Shown in pieces: positions 20,954 through 32,465 of a DNA stretch of 64,000 bases. A model generated the notes under the pieces. That model was not told the DNA's origin, searched no databases, and worked only from the letters and a program-made list of their open reading frames with translations. Source of the stretch: Prochlorococcus sp. AG-679-M23 (GTDB lineage: Bacteria; Cyanobacteriota; Cyanobacteriia; PCC-6307; Cyanobiaceae); NCBI GenBank assembly GCA_003208875.1, contig QCUR01000001.1, positions 224,001 to 288,000 on the forward strand, given 5' to 3'. Position numbers and translations under genes: made by a program. The first letter of the stretch is position 1; each line of letters starts with the position of its first letter.

Positions 20954-22969
20954 TTGAAGTCTAGAAATCTTGTAAAAGTCATATTTTTCGTTTCTGCATT
21001 AATTAACTTATCCCCTACCGGGAAAGCAACAGAACTTTTTGCTAATGAGACGAGAAATTCTTCTCAATCAAAGAGTGTCAATTGGGTTAAAAAAGTTGTT
21101 CCTGAATATACAAATTATTCCCAAAATATATCTTTTCAAAAATATATAGATAATTATTCAAGTGATTCTAAAGATAAGAAATTACAAACTAGTAGTAATG
21201 CATCCACCTTACTTTCAGCTAACTCTCTTGATATCAAAAACGAGTTAGAGATACAATCTGATATACAATCTGAGGAGAATAATATTTTAAAGGCAGAGGG
21301 TAATGTTCTCGTTCTTTATAGAGGAAATATTCTTAAAACAGATAACCTAGTATATGATAAGACCCAAAAAACTATATTTGCTAAGGGAAATATTTCCCTT
21401 AGTATAGGTGAACAACTATTCAAGATGAATAGGTTTCAATATGATTTTAATAATGAAAAAGGTTATTTGTATGAGGTAAAAGGATTAATTAAAACAGATA
21501 ATCTTTTTGATGACTTGTTTTCTAATTTTAAAACCTCAAATATTAAAAATATTGAAATTTTAAAAGAGATAAAAAAAGATAAAGTTTTGAATACACCTAA
21601 TAAGATTGAAAAATGGTTTTTTTTTACAGATAAAATTGAAATCGATGGTAAGAAATGGAAAAGTGACAAAGCTATATTTTCTAATGATTTAATTGAATTA
21701 AAGCAAGTTAAGATAGAGATAAATTCAATTGAAGCGACTTCTAGAAAAGAAGAATTAAGATTTAAATCTTCTTTAAATCGGTTGATATTAGATGAGAAAG
21801 TTTCAATACCCTTTTGGGTTGGCGATAGAACATTAACCAATAAATTAAGTTATTCAAATAAATGGAACTTTGGATTTGATAATACTGATAAAGATGGATT
21901 TTTCATTGGTAGAAAACTTAATTCAATAAATTTATTTGATGAATTTATTGTTGATTTAGAACCACAATTTTTACTTCAACGATCACTTAAAGGTAATACC
22001 AAAAGTTTTGTGAAGAAGGGAGATTCCATAACTGGAGATAAAGTAAAAAGAGAAACATTATTGAAAGATTATTTTGCTCTAAATTCTCAAATCAAAGGAA
22101 AAATTAATAATTGGAAATTGGAAACAAATCAGCAAATTAGCTCTTTTGATTCTGAAAAATTTTCAAAAGCTCTAAGATTTAAATCTAATTTAAGTAAAGA
22201 TATTTCTTTTTTTAATTCATTATGGAATAAAAGTTTTTATGGTATTTATAGAGAAAGGGTGTGGAATGGTTCCATAGGTGAAACTGAAATTTATTTGGGA
22301 TATGGTTCTAAATTAAAAAAACAAAATACTTGGGAAGTTAATGGAATTAGGAAAACCGAGATACTATCTTTTGGATTTGCAAATATTAAAGCAGAAGCCT
22401 TAAATAGTAAAAACTTGGTTACTAGTACAAAGGGTAATTTCTTTTATTTGTTAGATCAAAAATTCCCAATAATTGTTAATGAACCTTCGAATATATTTGT
22501 TGATAGTTCTTATAAATACATTCCTAAGCCTATCAAGAGTGGACTAAGTCTTCAGACTAAATTAGAATTACTATATTCTTTTTATGATAGTGGAAATAAT
22601 CAACAATATGTCTCTTTAGGGGCTGGTCCAGAAATCGTTTATGGGAATTTCAAAAAAAAATTTTTTGACTATACCAAGATAAGTGTATTACCAATTTATA
22701 AAATAAATAGTGGAGATAGTCCCTTTAAGTTCGATCAAATGTCTGATAAATTCACCTTAGATATTACATATGATCAGCAATTATACGGCCCTCTTATTCT
22801 GAAAAGTTCTGCAATTCTAAATTTAGATAGTAATTCAAAAGATTATGGTGATTTGATAAATTCTAAGATCTCATTAAATTGGAAAAAAAGATCTTATGAA
22901 TTTGGAATCTTTTATCAACCCCATAATGAGGCCGGTGGAATTTCTTTTACCTTATTTGGTTTCAAATAG
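20954..22969 (+). CDS. DUF3769 / LptD(OstA)-like outer-membrane protein
   Basis: Signal peptide, OstA-like AEGNV...D.L.YD...GNI region, DGFFIGR, PQFLLQR, SPFKFD, QQLYGP, aromatic beta-strand C-terminus. Confidence 0.75.
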   Translation: MKSRNLVKVIFFVSALINLSPTGKATELFANETRNSSQSKSVNWVKKVVPEYTNYSQNISFQKYIDNYSSDSKDKKLQTSSNASTLLSANSLDIKNELEIQSDIQSEENNILKAEGNVLVLYRGNILKTDNLVYDKTQKTIFAKGNISLSIGEQLFKMNRFQYDFNNEKGYLYEVKGLIKTDNLFDDLFSNFKTSNIKNIEILKEIKKDKVLNTPNKIEKWFFFTDKIEIDGKKWKSDKAIFSNDLIELKQVKIEINSIEATSRKEELRFKSSLNRLILDEKVSIPFWVGDRTLTNKLSYSNKWNFGFDNTDKDGFFIGRKLNSINLFDEFIVDLEPQFLLQRSLKGNTKSFVKKGDSITGDKVKRETLLKDYFALNSQIKGKINNWKLETNQQISSFDSEKFSKALRFKSNLSKDISFFNSLWNKSFYGIYRERVWNGSIGETEIYLGYGSKLKKQNTWEVNGIRKTEILSFGFANIKAEALNSKNLVTSTKGNFFYLLDQKFPIIVNEPSNIFVDSSYKYIPKPIKSGLSLQTKLELLYSFYDSGNNQQYVSLGAGPEIVYGNFKKKFFDYTKISVLPIYKINSGDSPFKFDQMSDKFTLDITYDQQLYGPLILKSSAILNLDSNSKDYGDLINSKISLNWKKRSYEFGIFYQPHNEAGGISFTLFGFK

Positions 22970-22974
22970 CGTAA

Positions 22975-23589
22975 CTAATTATTAAATTTTATATAAGGTA
23001 AATCATTTAATTTTTTTTCAATTAAATCCTTATTTTCAAGTAATTTTGAAGTGGCATCCCATTCTCCAGATAAGAACATTTTTTTTGAAGTTTCTTTTAT
23101 TTCGAGATTAAATTTCAAATCTTCTGCTTTTGCAGTGGATTTAAAAAGATCAATCTCTAAGAATAAATTTTGAATATCCTGATATTTCTGGATTTCTTTT
23201 ATTGATTTCTTTGGAAGAGTAAAGCATGGAATTCCAATTGCAATACAGTTACTATAAAAAATATCCGCAAAACTTTCTCCAATTATGGCTTTTATTCCCC
23301 ATCTCATCAATGCTTGAGGAGCATGCTCTCTGCTTGAACCGCATCCAAAATTACTATTAACAACAAGTATTGAGGCCCCTTTATTAATCTCTAAATCAAA
23401 GGGGTGATTTCCTTTAAGGGTTTTACGATCATCATCAAAAACATATTTACCCAAGGAGTCAAAATCAATACATTTAAGAAATCGAGCAGGAATTATTCTA
23501 TCGGTATCGATATCATCTCCAACTAATGAGATGCATTTCCCATTTATTTGAGAAAAATTCCCTATCGGCGGTTTGAATTTGGAACTCAT
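22975..23589 (-). CDS. leuD: 3-isopropylmalate dehydratase small subunit
   Basis: [31 protein letters not shown]. Confidence 0.97.
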   Translation of the reverse strand: MSSKFKPPIGNFSQINGKCISLVGDDIDTDRIIPARFLKCIDFDSLGKYVFDDDRKTLKGNHPFDLEINKGASILVVNSNFGCGSSREHAPQALMRWGIKAIIGESFADIFYSNCIAIGIPCFTLPKKSIKEIQKYQDIQNLFLEIDLFKSTAKAEDLKFNLEIKETSKKMFLSGEWDATSKLLENKDLIEKKLNDLPYIKFNN

Positions 23590-24995
23590 TTGTTAATAAA
23601 ATCTCTTACGTCACTAACTTTTCCTGTAATTGATGCAGCGGCAACCATTGCTGGACTCATTAGAAGCGTTCTTCCATTTGGAGAACCTTGTCTACCTTTG
23701 AAATTTCTATTGCTAGAGCTGGCACTTACTTGATTTCCAATGAGTTTGTCTGAATTCATTGCTAAACACATTGAGCAACCAGGCTCTCTCCACTGAAAAC
23801 CTGCTTTTATAAATATTTTATCAAGACCTTCCTCTTTTGCTTCTTTCGCAACCTTCTCTGAGCCAGGAACTACAAAAGCTTTTATATTTTTTGCTACTTT
23901 ATTATGCTCCAATACTTTTGCGGCAACTCTTAGATCACTTATTCTTCCATTTGTACAACTCCCAATAAAACAAACATCAATTGGAGTATTTTTAATTGAT
24001 TGTCCCGGTTTGAAACCCATATATTCATATGCCTCTTCAGCAATAAATTGGTCGTTTGGATTTATCTCATTTAATGAAGGAATTTTTTGATTTACGCCGA
24101 TACTTTGCCCAGGTGTAATACCCCAGGTAATAGTGGGTTCTACTTTAGAAGCATCTAACTTGAATACATCATCATAAATACAATTATCACTACTTTCTAA
24201 TGATTTCCACCATTTAACGGCCTTCCCCCAATTTTCATTTTGAGGCGAGCATAATTTATTTTTCATATAACTAAAGGTTTTTTCATCAGGATTTATATAA
24301 CCGCATCTTGCTCCTCCTTCAATGGACATATTGCATATAGTCATCCTCTCTTCCATTGATAATGCACTTATGGCAGGACCTGCAAATTCATAGGCATAAC
24401 CTACTCCTGCTTTCACTCCGAGTTGATTAATTATATGTAGTACTAAATCCTTAGCATAAATTCCATTTGATAATTTATTTTCACACCAAATTTGTCTGAC
24501 TTTGAGCTTATTCATAGCTATGGTTTGACTAGCAAGTACATCTCTTACTTGGCTAGTACCAATACCAAAGGCAATTGAACCAAAGGCTCCGTGAGTTGAT
24601 GTATGAGAATCTCCACAAGCAATAGTCATACCTGGTTGGGTCAAACCAAGTTCAGGAGCTACTACATGAACTATTCCTTGATTACCACTTCCAATATTAA
24701 AAAATTTAATTTTGTGCTCGATACAGTTCTTTTCTAGAGTGTCGATCATTTGTTCTGCCAGATCATCTTTGAAAGGCCTGGTTTGATTATCTGTTGGAAC
24801 TATATGGTCAACTGTAGCTACAGTTCTTTGAGGAAATTTTACCTTTAAATTTTTATCTTTTAAAGCTCCGAATGCTTGCGGGCTAGTAACTTCATGAATA
24901 AGGTGAAGACCGATTAAGATTTGATCGGAACCACCAGGAAGATTTGCAACTTTGTGTAAATCCCAGACTTTATCAAATAAGGTATCTTGACTCAA
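23586..24995 (-). CDS. leuC: 3-isopropylmalate dehydratase large subunit
   Basis: [40 protein letters not shown]. Confidence 0.98.
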   Translation of the reverse strand: MSQDTLFDKVWDLHKVANLPGGSDQILIGLHLIHEVTSPQAFGALKDKNLKVKFPQRTVATVDHIVPTDNQTRPFKDDLAEQMIDTLEKNCIEHKIKFFNIGSGNQGIVHVVAPELGLTQPGMTIACGDSHTSTHGAFGSIAFGIGTSQVRDVLASQTIAMNKLKVRQIWCENKLSNGIYAKDLVLHIINQLGVKAGVGYAYEFAGPAISALSMEERMTICNMSIEGGARCGYINPDEKTFSYMKNKLCSPQNENWGKAVKWWKSLESSDNCIYDDVFKLDASKVEPTITWGITPGQSIGVNQKIPSLNEINPNDQFIAEEAYEYMGFKPGQSIKNTPIDVCFIGSCTNGRISDLRVAAKVLEHNKVAKNIKAFVVPGSEKVAKEAKEEGLDKIFIKAGFQWREPGCSMCLAMNSDKLIGNQVSASSSNRNFKGRQGSPNGRTLLMSPAMVAAASITGKVSDVRDFINK

Positions 24996-25007
24996 TTTGC
25001 AAAAAAG

Positions 25008-26309
25008 TTACTTACTACTAGATAATAAGATTAATCTAAGGCTGTTTAAACACACGTTTACACTTAGTCTTTGAATTTCAATTCTATTTCTTGTTGAGCT
25101 AAATATTTTCTTAATATTGGTTATATGACCATTCGGTCCTGCAATTGAGATATAAACTAATCCAACAGGTTTCTCTTTATTACCTCCACTTGGACCGGCA
25201 ATGCCACTAATTGCGATACACCAATCTGAATTTAGTTTTTCTTTTGCATTAATTGCCATAGTTTCAGCCACCTCTTCAGAAACAGCACCAAACTTTTTTA
25301 TTAGATTTTCTGGAACATTTAATAATGATTGTTTAAGGTTATTATTGTACGAAATAATACTGCCTTTAAATACTTGTGATGAGCCCGGTATTGATGTGAT
25401 TGAAGAGGAGAGAAGACCTCCTGAACAGGATTCTGCAAAAACCAAAGATTCTTTTCTTTTTATTAATTCCTTTATTAATACGCTTGATAAATTATCATCG
25501 TTTTCACCAAAAATAAATTTGGAAAACTCTTTTTTCAATTTTTCTTTAACGGGGTTAATTATATTTCTTGCTTCTAATTCATTTTTAGCTCTTGCTGTTA
25601 GTCTGAGCTTAACTTCTCCCAAATTCGCGTATGGGGCGACAGTAGGGTTTTTTAGTTTTAGAAGATTATCAATCTTTTCTGAAATAGTAGACTCTCCTAT
25701 ACCAGAAAATTTAAGAGTATTTGAGAAAAATATATACCCATCTGAAAAATTATTTTTAATATAATTGACTGCAGTTTCTTTCCACATTTCTTTCATTTCA
25801 CTTGGCACTCCTGGAAAAGTAAGGATGGTAAATCCCTCAATTGGTTTCCATATCATGCCAGGAGCAGTGCCTCTAGGATTATTAATAATCTGAGCATCTT
25901 TTGGAAAAAAACATTGTTTTTTTAAACTAGATTTGTTGTAAGTTGAGCCTGAAATTGAAAGCTTTGTTTTAATTTGATCCCATAAATATTCTCTTTCAGA
26001 AAGAGTTGCATTAAAAGATTTAGCTATTGCCTCAGTAGTTAAGTCATCTGGAGTAGGGCCAAGACCACCTGTAGTAATTAATAAATTACTTCTTGAAGAT
26101 ATTTCTTTAATTAGGGTAGTAATTCTTTCAGAATTATCTCCAATAGTTGACTGTCTAAAATGATTTAGTCCTAAAGTTGATAACTCCTCAGAAATCCATT
26201 GAGCGTTAGTATTTACAATATTTCCTAAAAGTAACTCAGTTCCTATAGAAAGAATTTCAACCCCTTTACAGTTAGGATCATTTGATTGATGCTTCAAGTT
26301 TGAATTCAT
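25008..26309 (-). CDS. cinA: CinA-like competence/damage-inducible protein (MoCF-binding plus PncC NMN-deamidase domains)
   Basis: IGTELLLG...[42 protein letters not shown]. Confidence 0.92.
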   Translation of the reverse strand: MNSNLKHQSNDPNCKGVEILSIGTELLLGNIVNTNAQWISEELSTLGLNHFRQSTIGDNSERITTLIKEISSRSNLLITTGGLGPTPDDLTTEAIAKSFNATLSEREYLWDQIKTKLSISGSTYNKSSLKKQCFFPKDAQIINNPRGTAPGMIWKPIEGFTILTFPGVPSEMKEMWKETAVNYIKNNFSDGYIFFSNTLKFSGIGESTISEKIDNLLKLKNPTVAPYANLGEVKLRLTARAKNELEARNIINPVKEKLKKEFSKFIFGENDDNLSSVLIKELIKRKESLVFAESCSGGLLSSSITSIPGSSQVFKGSIISYNNNLKQSLLNVPENLIKKFGAVSEEVAETMAINAKEKLNSDWCIAISGIAGPSGGNKEKPVGLVYISIAGPNGHITNIKKIFSSTRNRIEIQRLSVNVCLNSLRLILLSSSK

Positions 26310-27549
26310 AAAGAGGGAAACGATTACATAAAGTTAATACCCTTTCCTTGCATTTTTTTTCTATTGATAAATCATCTGGATTGAGTAATCTATCAGAAAT
26401 AATTTCACCAACTTCAACAAAAGCATCATCATTAAAACCTCTAGTAGTTAAAGCTGCAGTTCCCAATCTCAACCCACTTGTTACAAAAGGTGATTCAGGA
26501 TCAAACGGGACAGTATTTTTATTTGCTGTTATGTTAACTTCACTTACAAGTAAGTCAGCAACTTTTCCAGTCATATTAATACTTCTTAAGTCAAGCAATA
26601 CAATATGATTATCAGTACCTCCACTAACAATATCTATTCCTCTTTTAATTAAAGTTGAAGACAGAACTTTTGCATTATTTATAACCTGTTTTGAGTAACT
26701 AATAAAGTTGGGCTGTAAAGCTTCTCCAAAGGCAACAGCTTTAGCTGCGATAATATGTTCTAAAGGCCCACCCTGAGTTCCAGGGAACACAGATTTATCA
26801 AATTTCTTTCCAAATTCCTTATCTTTACATAAAATTAATCCTCCTCTTGGACCTCTCAAGGTCTTATGTGTTGTGGTAGTTACCACATCACAATACGGAA
26901 TTGGATTAGGGTGGAGTTTGGTTGCAACTAGTCCTGCAATATGAGCAATATCAGCCATTAAAAAAGCTCCAACTTCATCAGCAATTCTTCTGAACGACTC
27001 GAAATCAATTTTTCTTGGATAAGCAGAATATCCACAAATAATTAGTTTTGGTTTTGTAGCTAATGCAATATCTCTAATTTCATTAAAATTCAATTTATTA
27101 GTTTCTTTATCAACTCCGTAGTGAACAGCATTGAACCACTTTCCGCTCATATTAACTGGGGATCCGTGGGTTAAATGTCCTCCATGCGATAGGTCCATTC
27201 CTAATATTGTGTCACCAGGTTTAAGTAAACTTAGAAAAACAGCTGCATTTGCTTGTGCTCCACTATGGGGTTGAACATTCGCCCAGTCTGCATCAAAAAG
27301 TTGTTTTGCTCTTTCGATTGCTAGTTCTTCTATCTCATCTACAAATTCACAACCACCGTAATATCTTTTTTGTGGAAGACCTTCAGCGTATTTATTTGTT
27401 AAAACCGAACCCTGAGCCTGCATTACAGCCATTGATGCAAAATTCTCACTAGCTATCAATTCAAGATGCGTTTCTTGCCTATTTTTTTCGGAATTAATTA
27501 AGTTAGATATGATTGGATCGCTTTCTTTAAGATTTTGAAGAATATTCAT
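26278..27549 (-). CDS. glyA: Serine hydroxymethyltransferase
   Basis: [33 protein letters not shown]. Confidence 0.98.
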   Translation of the reverse strand: MNILQNLKESDPIISNLINSEKNRQETHLELIASENFASMAVMQAQGSVLTNKYAEGLPQKRYYGGCEFVDEIEELAIERAKQLFDADWANVQPHSGAQANAAVFLSLLKPGDTILGMDLSHGGHLTHGSPVNMSGKWFNAVHYGVDKETNKLNFNEIRDIALATKPKLIICGYSAYPRKIDFESFRRIADEVGAFLMADIAHIAGLVATKLHPNPIPYCDVVTTTTHKTLRGPRGGLILCKDKEFGKKFDKSVFPGTQGGPLEHIIAAKAVAFGEALQPNFISYSKQVINNAKVLSSTLIKRGIDIVSGGTDNHIVLLDLRSINMTGKVADLLVSEVNITANKNTVPFDPESPFVTSGLRLGTAALTTRGFNDDAFVEVGEIISDRLLNPDDLSIEKKCKERVLTLCNRFPLYEFKLEASIK

Positions 27550-27627
27550 TAAAATAAAGGGAACTTTTAGTTAAATATAGACGATATTTTGAAAGAAAAT
27601 GTAAAAAAAATATTTCATAATTTTTAA

Positions 27628-27701
27628 CGCGCCTGGAGAGATTCGAACTCCCGACACCCTGATCCGTAGTCAGGTGCTCTAATCCACTGAGCTACAGGCG
27701 C
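27628..27701 (-). tRNA. tRNA-Arg(ACG)
   Basis: GCGCCTG acceptor stem, CCTGA-CTACGGA-TCAGG anticodon arm, GTTCGAAT T-loop. Confidence 0.96.
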
Positions 27702-27789
27702 ATATTTATGTAATATCTCTGGTCCTGGGTCTCTTAGTCAACTAGATTTCAGTTAAACTATCTAATATTAACAATCTAAATTTATAATT

Positions 27790-28041
27790 ATGCCGATTAA
27801 ATGGTATGGCAATGGTGATTCAGAAGACCCCATTTACAAACATTTTTCCAGAATAGTAAATTTTGTAATTCATTGCATGGTATTTACTGCAGTCGTAAGT
27901 GGAACTTGGCTTTTTAAAGAGATTAAACATGACTTAGTTTTTTTTAATAATTTTGCAATTGCATGGGCAGTCATTCTCTCATCGCATTTACTTTTTGTAT
28001 TTATAAAAAAACCTAAGGATTATAAAAAACAATCAACTTAA
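27790..28041 (+). CDS. Small two-TM conserved hypothetical protein
   Basis: MP.KWYG...DP.Y.HF.R.VNF..H, two hydrophobic segments. Confidence 0.75.
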   Translation: MPIKWYGNGDSEDPIYKHFSRIVNFVIHCMVFTAVVSGTWLFKEIKHDLVFFNNFAIAWAVILSSHLLFVFIKKPKDYKKQST

Positions 28042-28050
28042 GTTTTTATT

Positions 28051-28332
28051 ATGAATTCTCAGATGCAAATCAGTGATCTAGAAAATATTATTTCAGAAAA
28101 AATTTTTATAAAAATAGAAAAATGGAATCTGTATCTTGGAGATGCTGGTTTAGCCAGAAATCTTGCTTTGGAATGTATTAGCAATTTAGATAAAGGTAGC
28201 CAGCAGGCTGCAAAATTAGGCTTAGAAGCTATTAAGGTAAAAATTGGAGATGGAAATCAAACAATTCTTTTGTCTAAGTTGATAACTGCATCACAAATTT
28301 GTGATTTAGAGGAAATTCTAGATAATTTATGA
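28051..28332 (+). CDS. DUF3181-like protein
   Basis: KWNLYLGDAGL, V.IG.G, DLEEIL. Confidence 0.75.
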   Translation: MNSQMQISDLENIISEKIFIKIEKWNLYLGDAGLARNLALECISNLDKGSQQAAKLGLEAIKVKIGDGNQTILLSKLITASQICDLEEILDNL

Positions 28333-28339
28333 TTCTTAA

Positions 28340-29920
28340 TCATATTTTGATTAGTGGATTTAATTTATTAACCCCGAATAACTTGGTTATCGAAAAATAA
28401 ATAATCAAAAAAGCCAATAATCCTATAACTAATATAAATATCTCCCACAAGTTCGAATTTAATACATTTATATCCTTGATAACTGAATAACAAATTGTGC
28501 TTGTAATAGAACAGGCTAATGAAATAAGAACAATTTTTTTTAATAAAATAATTTTAGGGATTTTGATTCCATAAGTATTAAAGTTTGTAGTAAGAAAAAT
28601 ACAAATAATTAAATTAACTATTCCTGAAGAAAGGATTATACCCATAACACCAAAATTATAGGGAGATAAGTTTCCATAATTAATAGTTGGAGCTCCTACT
28701 AGAAACCAATCGAAAAAAACATTTAGTATTATTCCAGCGAAAGATAATTTAAAGGGTAACTTTGGATTCTCAATTGCATAATAAGCTCTAACTAATAAAT
28801 CTCTGTAGAGATAAAAGGGAATTCCAACAGCATAGGCAATTAAAATATTTTTTACTAAAAATACGGCTTCGGAATTAAAAGCCCCTCTTTGAAAAACAAA
28901 TTGTACTATCTGGTTATTAAATGTGATAAAAAAACCAGTCAAAAAAATAGTTGTAAAAAAACAATATTCTATTCCTGAAATTAAACTTTTTTCTAAGTTT
29001 CTATTCTCTTGCTTACTGTTGAATTTTGAAAACTTTGGAAGTAGTGGCAAGATCAAAGCATTTGATAAAACTCCAAGTGGAGCTTGTATAAGAAAATTGC
29101 CGTAGGCTAATCCCGATGCGGCACCTTGAAAGCTTGAAGCAAAAAACATATCAACAAAAACATTAATTTGACCTAAACCTGATGAAATTGTTGCAGGAGC
29201 GATTAATTTGAAGATTCTTTTCTCTTCATTTTTAAATAAATGCCAAGCCGAATTAAATCTAAATAAGCCGATCTTATTGATTTCCCAGCACTGAACAGCA
29301 AATTGTATACAAGTACCTGTTAAGGTCGCTTTGGCTAGTAATCCTGAATAAAACAAATAATTAGAATTTGTATTTTGATGACTAAAGATCCAACTGGCTG
29401 AAATAAAAAAAATTGTTGTCAGACTTGTTAAAGCGGGACTTATGCTTGATATAAAAAATTTATTTCTTGAATTTAAAGCTCCAAAACTCAACCCAATAAA
29501 AGCAGAAAGAGGAATACAAGGAGTTAGGATTTTTAATTGATAAGTAGCGATAGATTTAACTTCATCACTTAAATTTGGGGCTGTAAAGTTTATTAGAAAA
29601 CCTGAATTAAAATATACAACTACTCCTAGAATAAAAAATAATAAAGTTAGTTTAATACTTACTTTTGTTAATACGAGGCCCCCCTCTCTCCTCTTAAGTG
29701 GAGTTAGCACTGCTACAACTGCATTATGTAATGGGCCATTAATTCCACCAATAATAATAAGTAAAAAACCTGGGATTATGTAGGCGTAGTTATAGGCATC
29801 GTATGTTATTCCAATTCCAAAGGCTGCAGCGATAAATATTTGTCGTATAAAACCCGCAACTTTACTTAGAGATGTGGCAAACGAAATTGAAGCCACATTA
29901 TTTTTAAAATATGAATGCAT
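28340..29920 (-). CDS. murJ: Lipid II flippase MurJ (MviN)
   Basis: T.LSK..GF.R...IAAAFG, GGINGPLH, QINVFVD..FAS, QRGAF; many TM helices. Confidence 0.92.
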   Translation of the reverse strand: MHSYFKNNVASISFATSLSKVAGFIRQIFIAAAFGIGITYDAYNYAYIIPGFLLIIIGGINGPLHNAVVAVLTPLKRREGGLVLTKVSIKLTLLFFILGVVVYFNSGFLINFTAPNLSDEVKSIATYQLKILTPCIPLSAFIGLSFGALNSRNKFFISSISPALTSLTTIFFISASWIFSHQNTNSNYLFYSGLLAKATLTGTCIQFAVQCWEINKIGLFRFNSAWHLFKNEEKRIFKLIAPATISSGLGQINVFVDMFFASSFQGAASGLAYGNFLIQAPLGVLSNALILPLLPKFSKFNSKQENRNLEKSLISGIEYCFFTTIFLTGFFITFNNQIVQFVFQRGAFNSEAVFLVKNILIAYAVGIPFYLYRDLLVRAYYAIENPKLPFKLSFAGIILNVFFDWFLVGAPTINYGNLSPYNFGVMGIILSSGIVNLIICIFLTTNFNTYGIKIPKIILLKKIVLISLACSITSTICYSVIKDINVLNSNLWEIFILVIGLLAFLIIYFSITKLFGVNKLNPLIKI

Positions 29921-29993
29921 TTGATATTGAGTTAAATCTTTTCAAGAAGATTTAGATTCCATTATATTTTGTTTCTAATCTAGTTCACACTTT

Positions 29994-30740
29994 ATGAATG
30001 ATCGAATAATTGAATTTGAACCATTAATTGAAGGTATTTTAATTAAAAGATATAAAAGATTTCTCGCTGATATTCAGATTGAAAATGGAGAAATAGTTAC
30101 TGCCCATTGTGCTAATACAGGCCCGATGAAGGGTCTTTTAAACGAAGGAGCTAAAGTAAGAATTAGCTTTTCTTCATCAACTACAAGAAAGCTACCTTGG
30201 ACTTGGGAACAAGTAAAAGTAATAGGAAGTGATAACAAAGAGGTTTGGGTTGGGATAAATACATTATTTGCAAATAAACTGATTAGAAAAGTTATTGAAC
30301 AAAACCTATTCAAAGATAAACTCGGGGAGATAGCTGAAATCAAGTCTGAAGTACCTTATGGCAAAGATAAAAAAAGTAGAATTGATTTTCTTTTGACTCC
30401 AAAATCTTCAAATCCTGATAATCGTAACATTTATGTTGAGGTTAAAAATACTACTTGGACAAAAAACAATGTAGCTCTTTTTCCTGATACGGAGACGAAA
30501 AGAGGACAAAAACATTTAATAGAATTAAAAGGCTTGATTCCTGAAAGTAAAAGTGTTTTAGTTCCTTGCATTACAAGAAAAGATATAGATTATTTTGCCC
30601 CTGGAGATGAATCAGATCCATTGTATGGAGTGCTTTTTAGAGAATCAATTAGTGCAGGTATGTTATTAATGCCATGCTGTTTTGAGTTCCATTCAGATCA
30701 TGTAGCTTGGAAAGGATTTAAACCCTTAAAATTAAATTAA
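29994..30740 (+). CDS. sfsA: SfsA family nuclease (sugar fermentation stimulation protein)
   Basis: [39 protein letters not shown]. Confidence 0.94.
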   Translation: MNDRIIEFEPLIEGILIKRYKRFLADIQIENGEIVTAHCANTGPMKGLLNEGAKVRISFSSSTTRKLPWTWEQVKVIGSDNKEVWVGINTLFANKLIRKVIEQNLFKDKLGEIAEIKSEVPYGKDKKSRIDFLLTPKSSNPDNRNIYVEVKNTTWTKNNVALFPDTETKRGQKHLIELKGLIPESKSVLVPCITRKDIDYFAPGDESDPLYGVLFRESISAGMLLMPCCFEFHSDHVAWKGFKPLKLN

Positions 30741-30818
30741 TTTTTGGGATTTTTAAGTTGATTTAGAAAAAAATACCTTAATTTAACAAAGATTTTTTGG
30801 AACGCAACAATTAAATTG

Positions 30819-30832
30819 GTATAAACGACTAC
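30819..30832 (+). promoter_or_regulatory. NtcA binding site upstream of amt1
   Basis: Exact GTA-N8-TAC (GTA-TAAACGAC-TAC), 83 nt before the amt1 ATG. Confidence 0.8.
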
Positions 30833-30915
30833 TAGACATACATAAGTTTTCTGAGCAAAATTATATATGAAAGGAAACAGGACCTCCTGTTTTTTTGCAG
30901 ACTAATTTTTTATTT

Positions 30916-32376
30916 ATGACCACTGCTTTGCAAACGCCTCAAAGGCGCTCTAGGTCCAAGCTTCAAGATGCAAGTCTTGTTAATGGACCTATGCTCCTTT
31001 TGAGGAGTATTCGTGGGTTCAGTTCAAACCGCTCAATGTTGTGGCTTGCAACTGTCCCTCTAGCTTTGTTTGGTTTAGGTATTTTTAATCTTTCAGCTCA
31101 CGCAGCTGATTTACCTGAGTTGAATGCAGCTTTTCTAGCTAACAATTTATGGCTTTTGATCGCTACTATTTTAGTGATCTTCATGAACGCCGGTTTCGCT
31201 ATGGTTGAAGCGGGTATGTGTCGGTCTAAAAACGCCGTCAACATTCTTGCTAAAAACCTTTTCGTATTTGCTTTAGCTGTAACCTCTTATTGGTTTATTG
31301 GCTACTCATTAATGTACGGAGGAAGTGTTGCTGACGGATGGCTATATTTTGGAGGCTTATTTTTTGATCCCACAGTAACAGCCGATATGGTTACTGATGC
31401 TGGATTAGTTCCAACAGTTGATTTCTTATTCCAGTCTGCTTTCGCAGGTACTGCAGCAACTATCGTTTCTGGTCTTGTTGCTGAAAGAGTTAAATTTGGT
31501 GAATTTGTTGTTTTTGCGATTGTATTAACAGCATTTATTTATCCAATTGCTGGTAGCTGGAAATGGAATGGTGGTTGGCTTGATTCTCTTGGTTTCGTTG
31601 ACTTTGCAGGTTCTTCAATTGTTCACTCAGTTGGAGCATGGGCAGGTTTAGTGGGAGCTATGCTTCTAGGACCAAGAATCGGTAAATACTCCGATGGAAA
31701 GCCACAGGCTATGCCTGGTCACAATATGGCTATTGCTACTTTAGGTGCTCTAATTCTATGGATAGGTTGGTATGGATTTAATCCTGGTTCTCAACTTGCT
31801 ATGGATCAATGGGTTCCATATGTTGCTGTAACGACTACTCTTGCAGCTGCTGCTGGTGCTATTGGAGCGACTATTGTTTCTACTTTAACTTCCGGAAAGC
31901 CAGATCTTACTATGATCATTAACGGTATTCTTGCTGGTTTAGTAAGTATTACTGCAGGTTGTGGTGACATGACTCTTGCGGGAGCTTGGTTCGCTGGACT
32001 AGTTGGCGGTATTATCGTTGTATTCTCTGTTGCAGCACTTGATGCAGCTGAAATTGACGATCCTGTTGGTGCATTCTCTGTTCACGGAGTTTGTGGTGTA
32101 TGGGGTACCCTAGTTATTGGTCTTTGGGGAACTGCAGTTCAAGGAGATGGAGCAGGTATGGGATTGTTCAATGGTGGTGGTATTAATCTACTTCTTGTTC
32201 AAGCTCTTGGTGCCGCAGCTTATGCTATCTGGACACTAGTTACTTGTTGGATCGCTTGGTCTATCATCGGAGGATTATTCGGAGGAATCCGTGTATCTGA
32301 AGAAGAAGAGACTCAAGGTTTAGATATTTCAGAGCATGGTATGGAATCATATCCAGACTTTGCATCTGCTAAATAA
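30916..32376 (+). CDS. amt1: Ammonium transporter Amt1
   Basis: FMNAGFAMVEAG, DFAGSSIVH, GWYGFNPGS, DDPVGAFSVHG; ATG 30916 preferred over TTG 30895. Confidence 0.97.
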   Translation: MTTALQTPQRRSRSKLQDASLVNGPMLLLRSIRGFSSNRSMLWLATVPLALFGLGIFNLSAHAADLPELNAAFLANNLWLLIATILVIFMNAGFAMVEAGMCRSKNAVNILAKNLFVFALAVTSYWFIGYSLMYGGSVADGWLYFGGLFFDPTVTADMVTDAGLVPTVDFLFQSAFAGTAATIVSGLVAERVKFGEFVVFAIVLTAFIYPIAGSWKWNGGWLDSLGFVDFAGSSIVHSVGAWAGLVGAMLLGPRIGKYSDGKPQAMPGHNMAIATLGALILWIGWYGFNPGSQLAMDQWVPYVAVTTTLAAAAGAIGATIVSTLTSGKPDLTMIINGILAGLVSITAGCGDMTLAGAWFAGLVGGIIVVFSVAALDAAEIDDPVGAFSVHGVCGVWGTLVIGLWGTAVQGDGAGMGLFNGGGINLLLVQALGAAAYAIWTLVTCWIAWSIIGGLFGGIRVSEEEETQGLDISEHGMESYPDFASAK

Positions 32377-32394
32377 ACTAAATTTAAGTAAATT

Positions 32395-32429
32395 AAAGAA
32401 ATCTGACTTATGTCAGGTTTCTTTTTTTT
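32395..32429 (+). terminator. Intrinsic terminator of amt1
   Basis: AAAGAAATCTGAC-TTAT-GTCAGGTTTC followed by T8. Confidence 0.88.
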
Positions 32430-32465
32430 GCAATAAATTATTAAAAATGTTGTAATATCAAAAAT

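Noticed and set aside
25201..25764. 187-aa ORF antisense to cinA
   Set aside because: Entirely within a well-supported gene on the other strand; Ser/Phe-rich shadow composition, no motif
29994..30740. SfsA (and the TM0106 and YqgF-like nucleases) as an anti-phage defence system
   Set aside because: Scattered among housekeeping genes, not clustered; no methylase, toxin-antitoxin, CRISPR or other defence partner nearby
30916..32376. Higher GC in amt1 suggesting horizontal transfer
   Set aside because: Explained by Gly/Ala/Val-rich composition and high-expression codon use; native NtcA box and terminator; no mobility genes
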